This document shows positions 14,172-28,360 of a DNA stretch of 64,000 bases, in pieces. Both the position numbers and the translations under genes were made by a program. The stretch is taken from positions 8,370,001-8,434,000 of the forward strand of contig OZ024754.1 of assembly GCA_964016885.1 (NCBI GenBank). The letters are read 5' to 3'. Under the pieces are notes generated by a model that saw only the letters and a program-made list of their open reading frames with translations, made no database searches and was not told where the DNA came from. This stretch comes from Eledone cirrhosa (lineage: Eukaryota). Positions within the stretch are counted from its first letter, which is position 1; the number at the start of each line of letters is the position of its first letter.

Positions 14172-14174
<3 letters not shown>
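13940..14174 (-). mobile_element. tRNA-derived SINE (second family)
   Basis: Reverse complement shows an A/B-box head and tccttgagcaagacactttatttc, shared with 43355-43505, 46026-46245, 51592-51802 and 59208-59424. Confidence 0.7.
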
Positions 14175-14204
<30 letters not shown>

Positions 14205-14213
14205 GTAAGGATC

Positions 14214-14246
<33 letters not shown>

Positions 14247-14331
14247 TATGTAAGGATCATATATATATATATATATACATATATATGTAAGGATTATATA
14301 TATATATATATATACATATATATGTAAGGAT

Positions 14332-14363
<32 letters not shown>

Positions 14364-14434
14364 TATGTAAGGATCATATATATATATATATATATATACA
14401 TATATATGTAAGGATTATATATATATATATATAT

Positions 14435-14630
14435 GAAAAGGTATGACCCCGACGGCAGAGCTCAAGCCGTTTCGACGGCTATTTCTGGACCAGGGTCCAG
14501 AAATATCCATCGAGACGGCTTGAGCTCTGTCGTCGGGTGTCATACCTTTTCCTATTTCCCAATCTACTACCCTAAGTATTGAGTATTCTGGTGCATTATG
14601 GTCATCTGGTTCCTTACCACAATTCCTTTG

Positions 14631-14632
<2 letters not shown>
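14435..14632. mobile_element. Penelope-like fold-back carrying 3' halves of a hammerhead
   Basis: Palindrome 14435-14551; minus arm reads GAAAcggc-ttgagctct-gccGTC; tail ctactaccctaagtattgagta is shared with 9908-10025 and 61705-61845. Confidence 0.55.
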
Positions 14633-14671
<39 letters not shown>

Positions 14672-14802
14672 GAGGTTATATTTAATTTGTTGGGATTCAA
14701 CAAGCTTAAACATTTTTATAACTGATATAAAGCACTCAACAAGTTAGTGGAGTAAATACACAATATATTAATAAATGGAAACTATATTTATAAAACCATA
14801 TT

Positions 14803-14868
14803 TATTTTATTATATATATTTCAAGGGCAACCAAGGCAAATTATGGTGCGCTTTCATCAGATAAAATA
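14803..14868 (-). ncRNA. Type I hammerhead ribozyme
   Basis: tattttat-CTGATGA-aagcgcacc...ggttgccctt-GAAA-tatataTA-ataaaata; perfect 8-bp stem I, triplet AUA. Confidence 0.7.
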
Positions 14869-14933
14869 CAGATTTGTTTTATAAATAAGTATTGACATAC
14901 CTGAAAAGACAACCTTAATGGTTGGAGCTTCCT

Positions 14934-15006
<73 letters not shown>

Positions 15007-15011
<5 letters not shown>

Positions 15012-15552
15012 TTGAGTTAATGGTGCCAACCTTAACCGATGTTGCTCTATGAATAACTGGGACAAACCAATCCGAATGGATTAGACTGAACCAGTATCAG
15101 AGCTATAAAGTACATTATGAAGAGAGAAATATAAATACCCGCTCCGCCTCCGTGGTATTTTTTTCAGGGTTATAAGAGGCTTAGCTCTGTTTCTTGACCG
15201 CTGTATCACGTGATTGACTCCCCCTCCGCCTTTTGGGATTCTATCTCGCATCTTACAGACGTGTTTTTGAAACCCTTAATGAGGTATCCTCTTGATAAGT
15301 CGGCAGACCTCACAAAAAATGTATATCTCTGTGATGTATTGTTTTTGATTATGCCACGAAACTACGTAGTCGAGGAATTTAGGAGCAGTTTAGGTATGAT
15401 ACATCTTATTACTAATTATATCTAATGTTTCTTCTCTCTTCATAATGTACTTTATAGCTCTGATACTGGTTCAGTCTAATCCATTCGGATTGGTTTGTCC
15501 CAGTTATTCATAGAGCAACATCGGTTAAGGTTGGCACCATTAACTCAAGGAT
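15007..15552. mobile_element. Fold-back element with ~120-bp inverted arms; body homologous (reverse complement) to 43640-44195
   Basis: 15007-15128 is the reverse complement of 15432-15552; contains GAAAc-tacgta-GTC-gagg at 15358-15375. Confidence 0.65.
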
Positions 15553-15601
15553 GGATGTGGATATATTCATGTATATGTGTGTGTCCGCATGTATCTGTGT
15601 G

Positions 15602-15735
<134 letters not shown>

Positions 15736-16103
15736 GGAAGTAATCTAATGTAGATTTATTTTTGCATGGAAACAACTTTGTACAAATTTAAATGTCACGC
15801 TAATGGTGTAGCGTTATTTTTTTTTTTTACGTTGTGCACTTTCTCCATTGCTCACACACGGACATACACACATATATATGTCTATATGTGTGTTGTGTGT
15901 GCGTATTATCATTAATATTATTATCATCATCATCGTCATATTCTATAATATCTATAGCAATACTATGGCTGATATTGCCAGCTTTATTGGTAAGAGTGAA
16001 AAACAAAGATGACTAGTGATATTTTTTAATCGTCTGTTATTTAATGCATGCGCTTTAATGCAATTATCTCTCACCTATTAAAGTGAATCTTTTACAAAGA
16101 ACT

Positions 16104-19100
16104 AAGTTTCCAGTTAGACTAGTTTAGCCAATGACAGTAAAGTTTCCAGTTAGACTAGTTTAGCCAATGACAGTAAAGTTTCCAGTTAGACTAGCTTAGC
16201 CAATAACAGTAAAGTTTCCAGTTAGACTAGTTTAGCCAATAACAGTAAAGTTTCCAGTTAGACTAGTTTAGCCAATAACAGTAAAGTTTCTAGTTAGACT
16301 AGTTTAGCCAATAACAGTAAAGTTTCCAGTTAGACTAGTTTAGCCAATGACAGTAAAGTTTCCAGTTAGACTAGCTTAGCCAATAACAGTAAAGTTTCCA
16401 GTTAGACTAGTTTAGCCAATAACAGTAAAGTTTCCAGTTAGACTAGTTTAGCCAATAACAGTAAAGTTTCCAGTTAGACTAGCTTAGCCAATGACAGTAA
16501 AGTTTCTAGTTAGACTAGTTTAGCCAATAACAGTAAAGTTTCTAGTTAGACTAGTTTAGCCAATAACAGTAAAGTTTCCAGTTAGACTAGTTTAGCCAAT
16601 AACAGTAAAGTTTCTAGTTAGACTAGTTTAGCCAATAACAGTAAAGTTTCTAGTTAGACTAGTTTAGCCAATAACAGTAAAGTTTCTAGTTAGACTAGTT
16701 TAGCCAATAACAGTAAAGTTTCTAGTTAGACTAGTTTAGCCAATAACAGTAAAGTTTCTAGTTAGACTAGTTTAGCCAATAACAGTAAAGTTTCTAGTTA
16801 GACTAGTTTAGCCAATAACAGTAAAGTTTCCAGTTAGACTAGTTTAGCCAATAACAGTAAAGTTTCTAGTTAGACTAGTTTAGCCAATAACAGTAAAGTT
16901 TCCAGTTAGACTAGTTTAGCCAATGACAGTAAAGTTTCCAGTTAGACTAGTTTAGCCAATAACAGTAAAGTTTCCAGTTAGACTAGTTTAGCCAATAACA
17001 GTAAAGTTTCTAGTTAGACTAGTTTAGCCAATGACAGTAAAGTTTCCAGTTAGACTAGTTTAGCCAATGACAGTAAAGTTTCCAGTTAGACTAGTTTAGC
17101 CAATAACAGTAAAGTTTCTAGTTAGACTAGTTTAGCCAATAACAGTAAAGTTTCTAGTTAGACTAGTTTAGCCAATAACAGTAAAGTTTCTAGTTAGACT
17201 AGTTTAGCCAATAACAGTAAAGTTTCTAGTTAGACTAGTTTAGCCAATAACAGTAAAGTTTCTAGTTAGACTAGTTTAGCCAATGACAGTAAAGTTTCTA
17301 GTTAGACTAGTTTAGCCAATAACAGTAAAGTTTCTAGTTAGACTAGTTTAGCCAATAACAGTAAAGTTTCTAGTTAGACTAGTTTAGCCAATAACAGTAA
17401 AGTTTCTAGTTAGACTAGTTTAGCCAATAACAGTAAAGTTTCCAGTTAGACTAGTTTAGCCAATGACAGTAAAGTTTCCAGTTAGACTAGTTTAGCCAAT
17501 AACAGTAAAGTTTCTAGTTAGACTAGTTTAGCCAATAACAGTAAAGTTTCTAGTTAGACTAGTTTAGCCAATAACAGTAAAGTTTCTAGTTAGACTAGTT
17601 TAGCCAATAACAGTAAAGTTTCTAGTTAGACTAGTTTAGCCAATAACAGTAAAGTTTCTAGTTAGACTAGTTTAGCCAATGACAGTAAAGTTTCTAGTTA
17701 GACTAGTTTAGCCAATAACAGTAAAGTTTCTAGTTAGACTAGTTTAGCCAATAACAGTAAAGTTTCTAGTTAGACTAGTTTAGCCAATAACAGTAAAGTT
17801 TCTAGTTAGACTAGTTTAGCCAATAACAGTAAAGTTTCCAGTTAGACTAGTTTAGCCAATAACAGTAAAGTTTCCAGTTAGACTAGTTTAGCCAATAACA
17901 GTAAAGTTTCCAGTTAGACTAGTTTAGCCAATGACAGTAAAGTTTCCAGTTAGACTAGTTTAGCCAATAACAGTAAAGTTTCCAGTTAGACTAGTTTAGC
18001 CAATGACAGTAAAGTTTCCAGTTAGACTAGTTTAGCCAATAACAGTAAAGTTTCTAGTTAGACTAGTTTAGCCAATAACAGTATGTTTCCAGTTAGACTA
18101 GTTTAGCCAATAACAGTAAAGTTTCTAGTTAGACTAGTTTAGCCAATAACAGTAAAGTTTCCAGTTAGACTAGTTTAGCCAATAACAGTAAAGTTTCTAG
18201 TTAGACTAGTTTAGCCAATAACAGTAAAGTTTCCAGTTAGACTAGTTTAGCCAATAACAGTAAAGTTTCCAGTTAGACTAGTTTAGCCAATAACAGTAAA
18301 GTTTCTAGTTAGACTAGTTTAGCCAATAACAGTAAAGTTTCTAGTTAGACTAGTTTAGCCAATAACAGTAAAGTTTCCAGTTAGAATAGTTTAGCCAATA
18401 ACAGTAAAGTTTCTAGTTAGACTAGTTTAGCCAATAACAGTAAAGTTTCCAGTTAGACTAGCTTAGCCAATAACAGTAAAGTTTCCAGTTAGACTAGTTT
18501 AGCCAATAACAGTAAAGTTTCCAGTTAGACTAGCTTAGCCAATAACAGTAAAGTTTCCAGTTAGACTAGCTTAGCCAATAACAGTAAAGTTTCCAGTTAG
18601 ACTAGTTTAGCCAATAACAGTAAAGTTTCCAGTTAGACTAGCTTAGCCAATAACAGTAAAGTTTCCAGTTAGACTAGCTTAGCCAATGACAGTAAAGTTT
18701 CCAGTTAGACTAGTTTAGCCAATAACAGTAAAGTTTCCAGTTAGACTAGCTTAGCCAATGACAGTAAAGTTTCCAGTTAGACTAGTTTAGCCAATAACAG
18801 TAAAGTTTCCAGTTAGACTAGTTTAGCCAATAACAGTAAAGTTTCCAGTTAGACTAGTTTAGCCAATAACAGTAAAGTTTAGCCAATGACAGTAAAGTTT
18901 CTAGTTAGACTAGTTTAGCCAATAACAGTAAAGTTTCCAGTTAGACTAGCTTAGCCAATAACAGTAAAGTTTCCAGTTAGACTAGCTTAGCCAATAACAG
19001 TAAAGTTTCTAGTTAGACTAGTTTAGCCAATAACAGTAAAGTTTCCAGTTAGACTAGCTTAGCCAATAACAGTAAAGTTTCCAGTTAGACTAGTTTAGCC

Positions 19101-22100
19101 AATAACAGTAAAGTTTCTAGTTAGACTAGTTTAGCCAATAACAGTAAAGTTTCCAGTTAGACTAGCTTAGCCAATAACAGTAAAGTTTCCAGTTAGACTA
19201 GCTTAGCCAATAACAGTAAAGTTTCCAGTTAGACTAGTTTAGCCAATAACAGTAAAGTTTCTAGTTAGACTAGTTTAGCCAATAACAGTAAAGTTTCTAG
19301 TTAGACTAGCTTAGCCAATAACAGTAAAGTTTCCAGTTAGACTAGTTTAGCCAATAACAGTAAAGTTTCCAGTTAGACTAGTTTAGCCAATAACAGTAAA
19401 GTTTCTAGTTAGACTAGTTTAGCCAATAACAGTAAAGTTTCTAGTTAGACTAGCTTAGCCAATAACAGTAAAGTTTCCAGTTAGACTAGCTTAGCCAATA
19501 ACAGTAAAGTTTCCAGTTAGACTAGCTTAGCCAATAACAGTAAAGTTTCCAGTTAGACTAGCTTAGCCAATAACAGTAAAGTGTCCAGTTAGACTAGCTT
19601 AGCCAATAACAGTAAAGTTTCCAGTTAGACTAGCTTAGCCAATAACAGTAAAGTTTCCAGTTAGACTAGCTTAGCCAATAACAGTAAAGTTTCCAGTTAG
19701 ACTAGCTTAGCCAATAACAGTAAAGTTTCTAGTTAGACTAGCTTAGCCAATAACAGTAAAGTGTCCAGTTAGACTAGCTTAGCCAATAACAGTAAAGTTT
19801 CCAGTTAGACTAGCTTAGCCAATAACAGTAAAGTTTCCAGTTAGACTAGCTTAGCCAATAACAGTAAAGTTTCCAGTTAGACTAGTTTAGCCAATAACAG
19901 TAAAGTTTCCAGTTAGACTAGTTTAGCCAATGACAGTAAAGTTTCTACTTAGACTAGTTTAGCCAATAACAGTAACGTTTCCAGTTAGACTAGTTTAGCC
20001 AATAACAGTAAAGTTTCCAGTTAGACTAGTTTAGCCAATAACAGTAAAGTTTCCAGTTAGACTAGTTTAGCCAATAACAGTAAAGTTTCCAGTTAGACTA
20101 GTTTAGCCAATAACAGTAAAGTTTCCAGTTAGACTAGTTTAGCCAATAACAGTAAAGTTTCTAGTTAGACTAGTTTAGCCAATAACAGTAAAGTTTCCAG
20201 TTAGACTAGTTTAGCCAATAACAGTAAAGTTTCTAGTTAGACTAGTTTAGCCAATAACAGTAAAGTTTCCAGTTAGACTAGTTTAGCCAATAACAGTAAA
20301 GTTTCCAGTTAGACTAGTTTAGCCAATAACAGTAAAGTTTCTAGTTAGACTAGTTTAGCCAATGACAGTAAAGTTTCCAGTTAGACTAGTTTAGCCAATA
20401 ACAGTAAAGTTTCCAGTTAGACTAGTTTAGCCAATAACAGTAAAGTTTCCAGTTAGACTAGTTTAGCCAATGACAGTAAAGTTTCCAGTTAGACTAGTTT
20501 AGCCAATAACAGTAAAGTTTCTAGTTAGACTAGTTTAGCCAATAACAGTAAAGTTTCTAGTTAGACTAGTTTAGCCAATGACAGTAAAGTTTCCAGTTAG
20601 ACTAGTTTAGCCAATAACAGTAAAGTTTCCAGTTAGACTAGTTTAGCCAATAACAGTAAAGTTTCCAGTTAGACTAGTTTAGCCAATAACAGTAAAGTTT
20701 CCAGTTAGACTAGTTTAGCCAATGACAGTAAAGTTTCCAGTTAGACTAGTTTAGCCAATAACAGTAAAGTTTCTAGTTAGACTAGTTTAGCCAATAACAG
20801 TAAAGTTTCTAGTTAGACTAGTTTAGCCAATGACAGTAAAGTTTCCAGTTAGACTAGTTTAGCAAATGACAGTAAAGTTTCCAGTTAGACTAGTTTAGCA
20901 AATGACAGTAAAGTTTCCAGTTAGACTAGTTTAGCCAATGACAGTAAAGTTTCCAGTTAGACTAGTTTAGCCAATAACAGTAAAGTTTCCAGTTAGACTA
21001 GTTTAGCCAATAACAGTAAAGTTTCCAGTTAGACTAGTTTAGCCAATGACAGTAAAGTTTCCAGTTAGACTAGTTTAGCCAATAACAGTAAAGTTTCTAG
21101 TTAGACTAGTTTAGCCAATAACAGTAAAGTTTCTAGTTAGACTAGTTTAGCCAATGACAGTAAAGTTTCCAGTTAGACTAGTTTAGCAAATGACAGTAAA
21201 GTTTCCAGTTAGACTAGTTTAGCAAATGACAGTAAAGTTTCCAGTTAGACTAGTTTAGCCAATGACAGTAAAGTTTCCAGTTAGACTAGTTTAGCCAATA
21301 ACAGTAAAGTTTCCAGTTAGACTAGTTTAGCCAATAACAGTAAAGTTTCTAGTTAGACTAGTTTAGCCAATAACAGTAAAGTTTCCAGTTAGACTAGTTT
21401 AGCCAATAACAGTAAAGTTTCTAGTTAGACTAGTTTAGCCAATAACAGTAAAGTTTCCAGTTAGACTAGTTTAGCCAATAACAGTAAAGTTTCTAGTTAG
21501 ACTAGTTTAGCCAATAACAGTAAAGTTTCCAGTTAGACTAGTTTAGCCAATAACAGTAAAGTTTCTAGTTAGACTAGTTTAGCCAATAACAGTAAAGTTT
21601 CCAGTTAGACTAGTTTAGCCAATAACAGTAAAGTTTCTAGTTAGACTAGTTTAGCCAATAACAGTAAAGTTTCCAGTTAGACTAGTTTAGCCAATGACAG
21701 TAAAGTTTCCAGTTAGACTAGTTTAGCCAATGACAGTAAAGTTTCCAGTTAGACTAGTTTAGCCAATAACAGTAAAGTTTCCAGTTAGACTAGCTTAGCC
21801 AATAACAGTAAAGTTTCTAGTTAGACTAGTTTAGCCAATGACAGTAAAGTTTCCAGTTAGACTAGTTTAGCCAATAACAGTAAAGTTTCCAGTTAGACTA
21901 GTTTAGCCAATAACAGTAAAGTTTCCAGTTAGACTAGTTTAGCCAATGACAGTAAAGTTTCCAGTTAGACTAGTTTAGCCAATAACAGTAAAGTTTCCAG
22001 TTAGACTAGTTTAGCCAATAACAGTAAAGTTTCCAGTTAGACTAGTTTAGCCAATAACAGTAAAGTTTCCAGTTAGACTAGTTTAGCCAATGACAGTAAA

Positions 22101-25100
22101 GTTTCCAGTTAGACTAGTTTAGCCAATAACAGTAAAGTTTCCAGTTAGACTAGCTTAGCCAATAACAGTAAAGTTTCTAGTTAGACTAGTTTAGCCAATA
22201 ACAGTAAAGTTTCCAGTTAGACTAGTTTAGCCAATGACAGTAAAGTTTCCAGTTAGACTAGTTTAGCCAATAACAGTAAAGTTTCCAGTTAGACTAGTTT
22301 AGCCAATAACAGTAAAGTTTCCAGTTAGACTAGTTTAGCCAATGACAGTAAAGTTTCCAGTTAGACTAGTTTAGCCAATAACAGTAAAGTTTCCAGTTAG
22401 ACTAGTTTAGCCAATGACAGTAAAGTTTCCAGTTAGACTAGTTTAGCCAATAACAGTAAAGTTTCCAGTTAGACTAGTTTAGCCAATGACAGTAAAGTTT
22501 CCAGTTAGACTAGTTTAGCCAATAACAGTAAAGTTTCCAGTTAGACTAGTTTAGCCAATGACAGTAAAGTTTCCAGTTAGACTAGTTTAGCCAATGACAG
22601 TAAAGTTTCCAGTTAGACTAGTTTAGCCAATAACAGTAAAGTTTCTAGTTAGACTAGTTTAGCCAATAACAGTAAAGTTTCTAGTTAGACTAGTTTAGCC
22701 AATAACAGTAAAGTTTCCAGTTAGACTAGTTTAGCCAATAACAGTAAAGTTTCTAGTTAGACTAGTTTAGCCAATAACAGTAAAGTTTCTAGTTAGACTA
22801 GTTTAGCCAATAACAGTAAAGTTTCTAGTTAGACTAGTTTAGCCAATAACAGTAAAGTTTCCAGTTAGACTAGTTTAGCCAATAACAGTAAAGTTTCTAG
22901 TTAGACTAGTTTAGCCAATGACAGTAAAGTTTCCAGTTAGACTAGTTTAGCCAATAACAGTAAAGTTTCCAGTTAGACTAGTTTAGCCAATAACAGTAAA
23001 GTTTCCAGTTAGACTAGTTTAGCCAATGACAGTAAAGTTTCCAGTTAGACTAGTTTAGCCAATAACAGTAAAGTTTCCAGTTAGACTAGTTTAGCCAATG
23101 ACAGTAAAGTTTCTAGTTAGACTAGTTTAGCCAATAACAGTAAAGTTTCCAGTTAGACTAGTTTAGCCAATGACAGTAAAGTTTCTAGTTAGACTAGTTT
23201 AGCCAATGACAGTAAAGTTTCCAGTTAGACTAGTTTAGCCAATAACAGTAAAGTTTCCAGTTAGACTAGTTTAGCAAATGACAGTAAAGTTTCTAGTTAG
23301 ACTAGTTTAGCCAATGACAGTAAAGTTTCCAGTTAGACTAGTTTAGCCAATAACAGTAAAGTTTCCAGTTAGACTAGTTTAGCCAATGACAGTAAAGTTT
23401 CTAGTTAGACTAGTTTAGCCAATGACAGTAAAGTTTCTAGTTAGACTAGTTTAGCCAATGACAGTAAAGTTTCCAGTTAGACTAGTTTAGCCAATAACAG
23501 TAAAGTTTCCAGTTAGACTAGTTTAGCAAATGACAGTAAAGTTTCTAGTTAGACTAGTTTAGCCAATGACAGTAAAGTTTCCAGTTAGACTAGTTTAGCC
23601 AATGACAGTAAAGTTTCCAGTTAGACTAGTTTAGCCAATAACAGTAAAGTTTCCAGTTAGACTAGTTTAGCAAATGACAGTAAAGTTTCTAGTTAGACTA
23701 GTTTAGCCAATGACAGTAAAGTTTCCAGTTAGACTAGTTTAGCAAATGACAGTAAAGTTTCTAGTTAGACTAGTTTAGCCAATGACAGTAAAGTTTCCAG
23801 TTAGACTAGTTTAGCCAATAACAGTAAAGTTTCCAGTTAGACTAGTTTAGCCAATGACAGTAAAGTTTCTAGTTAGACTAGTTTAGCCAATGACAGTAAA
23901 GTTTCCAGTTAGACTAGCTTAGCCAATAACAGTAAAGTTTCCAGTTAGACTAGTTTAGCCAATAACAGTAAAGTTTCTAGTTAGACTAGTTTAGCCAATA
24001 ACAGTAAAGTTTCCAGTTAGACTAGTTTAGCCAATGACAGTAAAGTTTCTAGTTAGACTAGTTTAGCCAATGACAGTAAAGTTTCCAGTTAGACTAGCTT
24101 AGCCAATAACAGTAAAGTTTCCAGTTAGACTAGTTTAGCCAATAACAGTAAAGTTTCTAGTTAGACTAGTTTAGCCAATAACAGTAAAGTTTCCAGTTAG
24201 ACTAGTTTAGCCAATAACAGTAAAGTTTCTAGTTAGACTAGTTTAGCCAATGACAGTAAAGTTTCCAGTTAGACTAGTTTAGCCAATGACAGTAAAGTTT
24301 CCAGTTAGACTAGTTTAGCCAATGACAGTAAAGTTTCTAGTTAGACTAGTTTAGCCAATAACAGTAAAGTTTCCAGTTAGACTAGTTTAGCCAATGACAG
24401 TAAAGTTTCTAGTTAGACTAGTTTAGCCAATGACAGTAAAGTTTCCAGTTAGACTAGTTTAGCCAATAACAGTAAAGTTTCCAGTTAGACTAGTTTAGCC
24501 AATGACAGTAAAGTTTCTAGTTAGACTAGTTTAGCCAATAACAGTAAAGTTTCCAGTTAGACTAGCTTAGCCAATAACAGTAAAGTTTCCAGTTAGACTA
24601 GTTTAGCCAATGACAGTAAAGTTTCCAGTTAGACTAGTTTAGCCAATGACAGTAAAGTTTCCAGTTAGACTAGTTTAGCCAATAACAGTAAAGTTTCCAG
24701 TTAGACTAGTTTAGCCAATAACAGTAAAGTTTCCAGTTAGACTAGTTTAGCCAATGACAGTAAAGTTTCCAGTTAGACTAGTTTAGCCAATGACAGTAAA
24801 GTTTCCAGTTAGACTAGTTTAGCCAATGACAGTAAAGTTTCCAGTTAGACTAGTTTAGCCAATGACAGTAAAGTTTCCAGTTAGACTAGCTTAGCCAATA
24901 ACAGTAAAGTTTCCAGTTAGACTAGTTTAGCCAATGACAGTAAAGTTTCCAGTTAGACTAGTTTAGCCAATGACAGTAAAGTTTCCAGTTAGACTAGTTT
25001 AGCCAATGACAGTAAAGTTTCCAGTTAGACTAGTTTAGCCAATGACAGTAAAGTTTCCAGTTAGACTAGTTTAGCCAATGACAGTAAAGTTTCCAGTTAG

Positions 25101-27116
25101 ACTAGCTTAGCCAATAACAGTAAAGTTTCCAGTTAGACTAGTTTAGCCAATGACAGTAAAGTTTCCAGTTAGACTAGTTTAGCCAATGACAGTAAAGTTT
25201 CCAGTTAGACTAGTTTAGCCAATGACAGTAAAGTTTCCAGTTAGACTAGCTTAGCCAATAACAGTAAAGTTTCCAGTTAGACTAGTTTAGCCAATGACAG
25301 TAAAGTTTCCAGTTAGACTAGTTTAGCCAATGACAGTAAAGTTTCCAGTTAGACTAGTTTAGCCAATGACAGTAAAGTTTCCAGTTAGACTAGTTTAGCC
25401 AATGACAGTAAAGTTTCCAGTTAGACTAGTTTAGCCAATGACAGTAAAGTTTCCAGTTAGACTAGCTTAGCCAATAACAGTAAAGTTTCCAGTTAGACTA
25501 GTTTAGCCAATGACAGTAAAGTTTCCAGTTAGACTAGTTTAGCCAATGACAGTAAAGTTTCCAGTTAGACTAGTTTAGCCAATGACAGTAAAGTTTCCAG
25601 TTAGACTAGTTTAGCCAATGACAGTAAAGTTTCCAGTTAGACTAGTTTAGCCAATAACAGTAAAGTTTCCAGTTAGACTAGTTTAGCCAATGACAGTAAA
25701 GTTTCCAGTTAGACTAGTTTAGCCAATAACAGTAAAGTTTCCAGTTAGACTAGTTTAGCCAATAACAGTAAAGTTTCCAGTTAGACTAGTTTAGCCAATA
25801 ACAGTAAAGTTTCCAGTTAGACTAGTTTAGCCAATGACAGTAAAGTTTCCAGTTAGACTAGTTTAGCCAATGACAGTAAAGTTTCCAGTTAGACTAGTTT
25901 AGCCAATAACAGTAAAGTTTCCAGTTAGACTAGTTTAGCCAATAACAGTAAAGTTTCCAGTTAGACTAGCTTAGCCAATAACAGTAAAGTTTCCAGTTAG
26001 ACTAGTTTAGCCAATAACAGTAAAGTTTCCAGTTAGACTAGTTTAGCCAATGACAGTAAAGTTTCCAGTTAGACTAGTTTAGCCAATGACAGTAAAGTTT
26101 CCAGTTAGACTAGTTTAGCCAATGACAGTAAAGTTTCCAGTTAGACTAGTTTAGCCAATGACAGTAAAGTTTCCAGTTAGACTAGTTTAGCCAATGACAG
26201 TAAAGTTTCCAGTTAGACTAGCTTAGCCAATAACAGTAAAGTTTCCAGTTAGACTAGTTTAGCCAATGACAGTAAAGTTTCCAGTTAGACTAGTTTAGCC
26301 AATGACAGTAAAGTTTCCAGTTAGACTAGTTTAGCCAATGACAGTAAAGTTTCCAGTTAGACTAGTTTAGCCAATGACAGTAAAGTTTCCAGTTAGACTA
26401 GTTTAGCCAATAACAGTAAAGTTTCCAGTTAGACTAGTTTAGCCAATGACAGTAAAGTTTCCAGTTAGACTAGTTTAGCCAATAACAGTAAAGTTTCCAG
26501 TTAGACTAGTTTAGCCAATAACAGTAAAGTTTCCAGTTAGACTAGTTTAGCCAATAACAGTAAAGTTTCCAGTTAGACTAGTTTAGCCAATGACAGTAAA
26601 GTTTCCAGTTAGACTAGTTTAGCCAATGACAGTAAAGTTTCCAGTTAGACTAGTTTAGCCAATAACAGTAAAGTTTCCAGTTAGACTAGTTTAGCCAATA
26701 ACAGTAAAGTTTCCAGTTAGACTAGCTTAGCCAATAACAGTAAAGTTTCCAGTTAGACTAGTTTAGCCAATAACAGTAAAGTTTCCAGTTAGACTAGTTT
26801 AGCCAATGACAGTAAAGTTTCCAGTTAGACTAGTTTAGCCAATGACAGTAAAGTTTCCAGTTAGACTAGTTTAGCCAATGACAGTAAAGTTTCCAGTTAG
26901 ACTAGTTTAGCCAATGACAGTAAAGTTTCCAGTTAGACTAGTTTAGCCAATGACAGTAAAGTTTCCAGTTAGACTAGTTTAGCCAATGACAGTAAAGTTT
27001 CCAGTTAGACTAGTTTAGCCAATGACAGTAAAGTTTCCAGTTAGACTAGTTTAGCCAATGACAGTAAAGTTTCCAGTTAGACTAGTTTAGCCAATAACAG
27101 TAAAGTTTCCAGTTAG
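16104..27116. repeat. 36-bp satellite array, ~305 monomers
   Basis: Consensus aagtttcYagttagactagYttagcMaatRacagta; near-perfect head-to-tail repeats with no spacers. Confidence 0.98.
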
Positions 27117-27124
27117 TTTAGCTT

Positions 27125-27530
27125 AGACAACCGTCTCCAACTGATCTGATTGGATCCCTAAGCGAGAACAGCCAAGCTCATGGATATTATCCAACAACTT
27201 TGCTCGGGGTCTACTCATGGGTCTCCTGTCGGTTGGTTTTGCCCGTAAAATCTATCCACCGATTCTTTCCTGAGACATTCTAACCCCATGCCCATAGTAT
27301 CAGAACTGCGATCCCTCAATTCGGAGAAGTAGCAGCTCTACCTGGAGTAACTCTCTGATCTCCGAGCTACACATTCTATCGAGTAATGTTACTCCAAAGA
27401 CCCTTCAGAGGAACCCCATTTCAGCCGCTTATATTCGTGATCGTATTCTTCTGGTTATTACCCAAGATTCACGACCATAGATAGATAAGGGTTGGCACGA
27501 ATACCGAATTGAAGATAGTGAGTTTGGCTG
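27125..27530 (-). mobile_element. RTE-clade LINE 3' coding fragment (decayed)
   Basis: Minus translation ...ESWVITRRIRSRI*AAEMGFL*RVFGVTLLDR...RRPMSRPRAK...; homologous to 46340-46536. Confidence 0.7.
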
Positions 27531-27969
27531 AGACACTTGCCCTCTCAAGGAAGCCTGCGCAGTGCACTCTACATGTAAAAGGCGTCCCACTGAAGCAAGT
27601 AGAGAAGTTCAAGTATCTAAAAATATTAAATTAATGATAATATATGGTAGAATAATTCAAATCATACAACAGTGAAATACTAAATTTATTTCACAGTAAA
27701 CCAAGATATTTTCACGGGGCCAGCTAGTTTGATGATGTGCTTGTTTTTATGCTGTTGTTGTTTTTCATTTGTTGTGACTTTAATTTCCTGTGTATCGTAT
27801 CAATACTTCCATATCTCTTCTAAATCAGGACTGAGATTCCCAAATAGGAATATTGGAAAACAACACAATTAAGATATGGGGGGGAGGGGTAGAAGAGTAG
27901 AAAATATCCTAACTTTTCCCTTTAATTATCATTCCCAGTCACCCTAACGATATATCGATATTGTTGTTG

Positions 27970-27970
27970 C

Positions 27971-28036
<66 letters not shown>

Positions 28037-28071
28037 GCGGAGGAGGAAAGGAGGAAGGGAAGGAAGAGGAG

Positions 28072-28116
<45 letters not shown>

Positions 28117-28158
28117 CTAGTAGGCGGAGGAGGAAAGGAGGAGGGGAAGGAAGAGGAG

Positions 28159-28195
<37 letters not shown>

Positions 28196-28230
28196 GCGGA
28201 GGAAGAAAGGAGGAAGGGAAGGAAGAGGGG

Positions 28231-28273
<43 letters not shown>

Positions 28274-28308
28274 GCGGAGGAGGAAAGGAGGAGGGGAAGG
28301 AAGAGGAG

Positions 28309-28355
<47 letters not shown>

Positions 28356-28360
28356 TGCTA
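27970..28360. repeat. (GTA)n interleaved with four copies of a ~36-bp GA-rich block
   Basis: ggcggaggaggaaaggaggaagggaaggaagaggag recurs between GTA runs. Confidence 0.85.

Noticed and set aside
16104-27116. CRISPR-like 36-bp periodicity
   Set aside because: Monomers are contiguous with no unique spacers and no cas genes, in a eukaryotic context.
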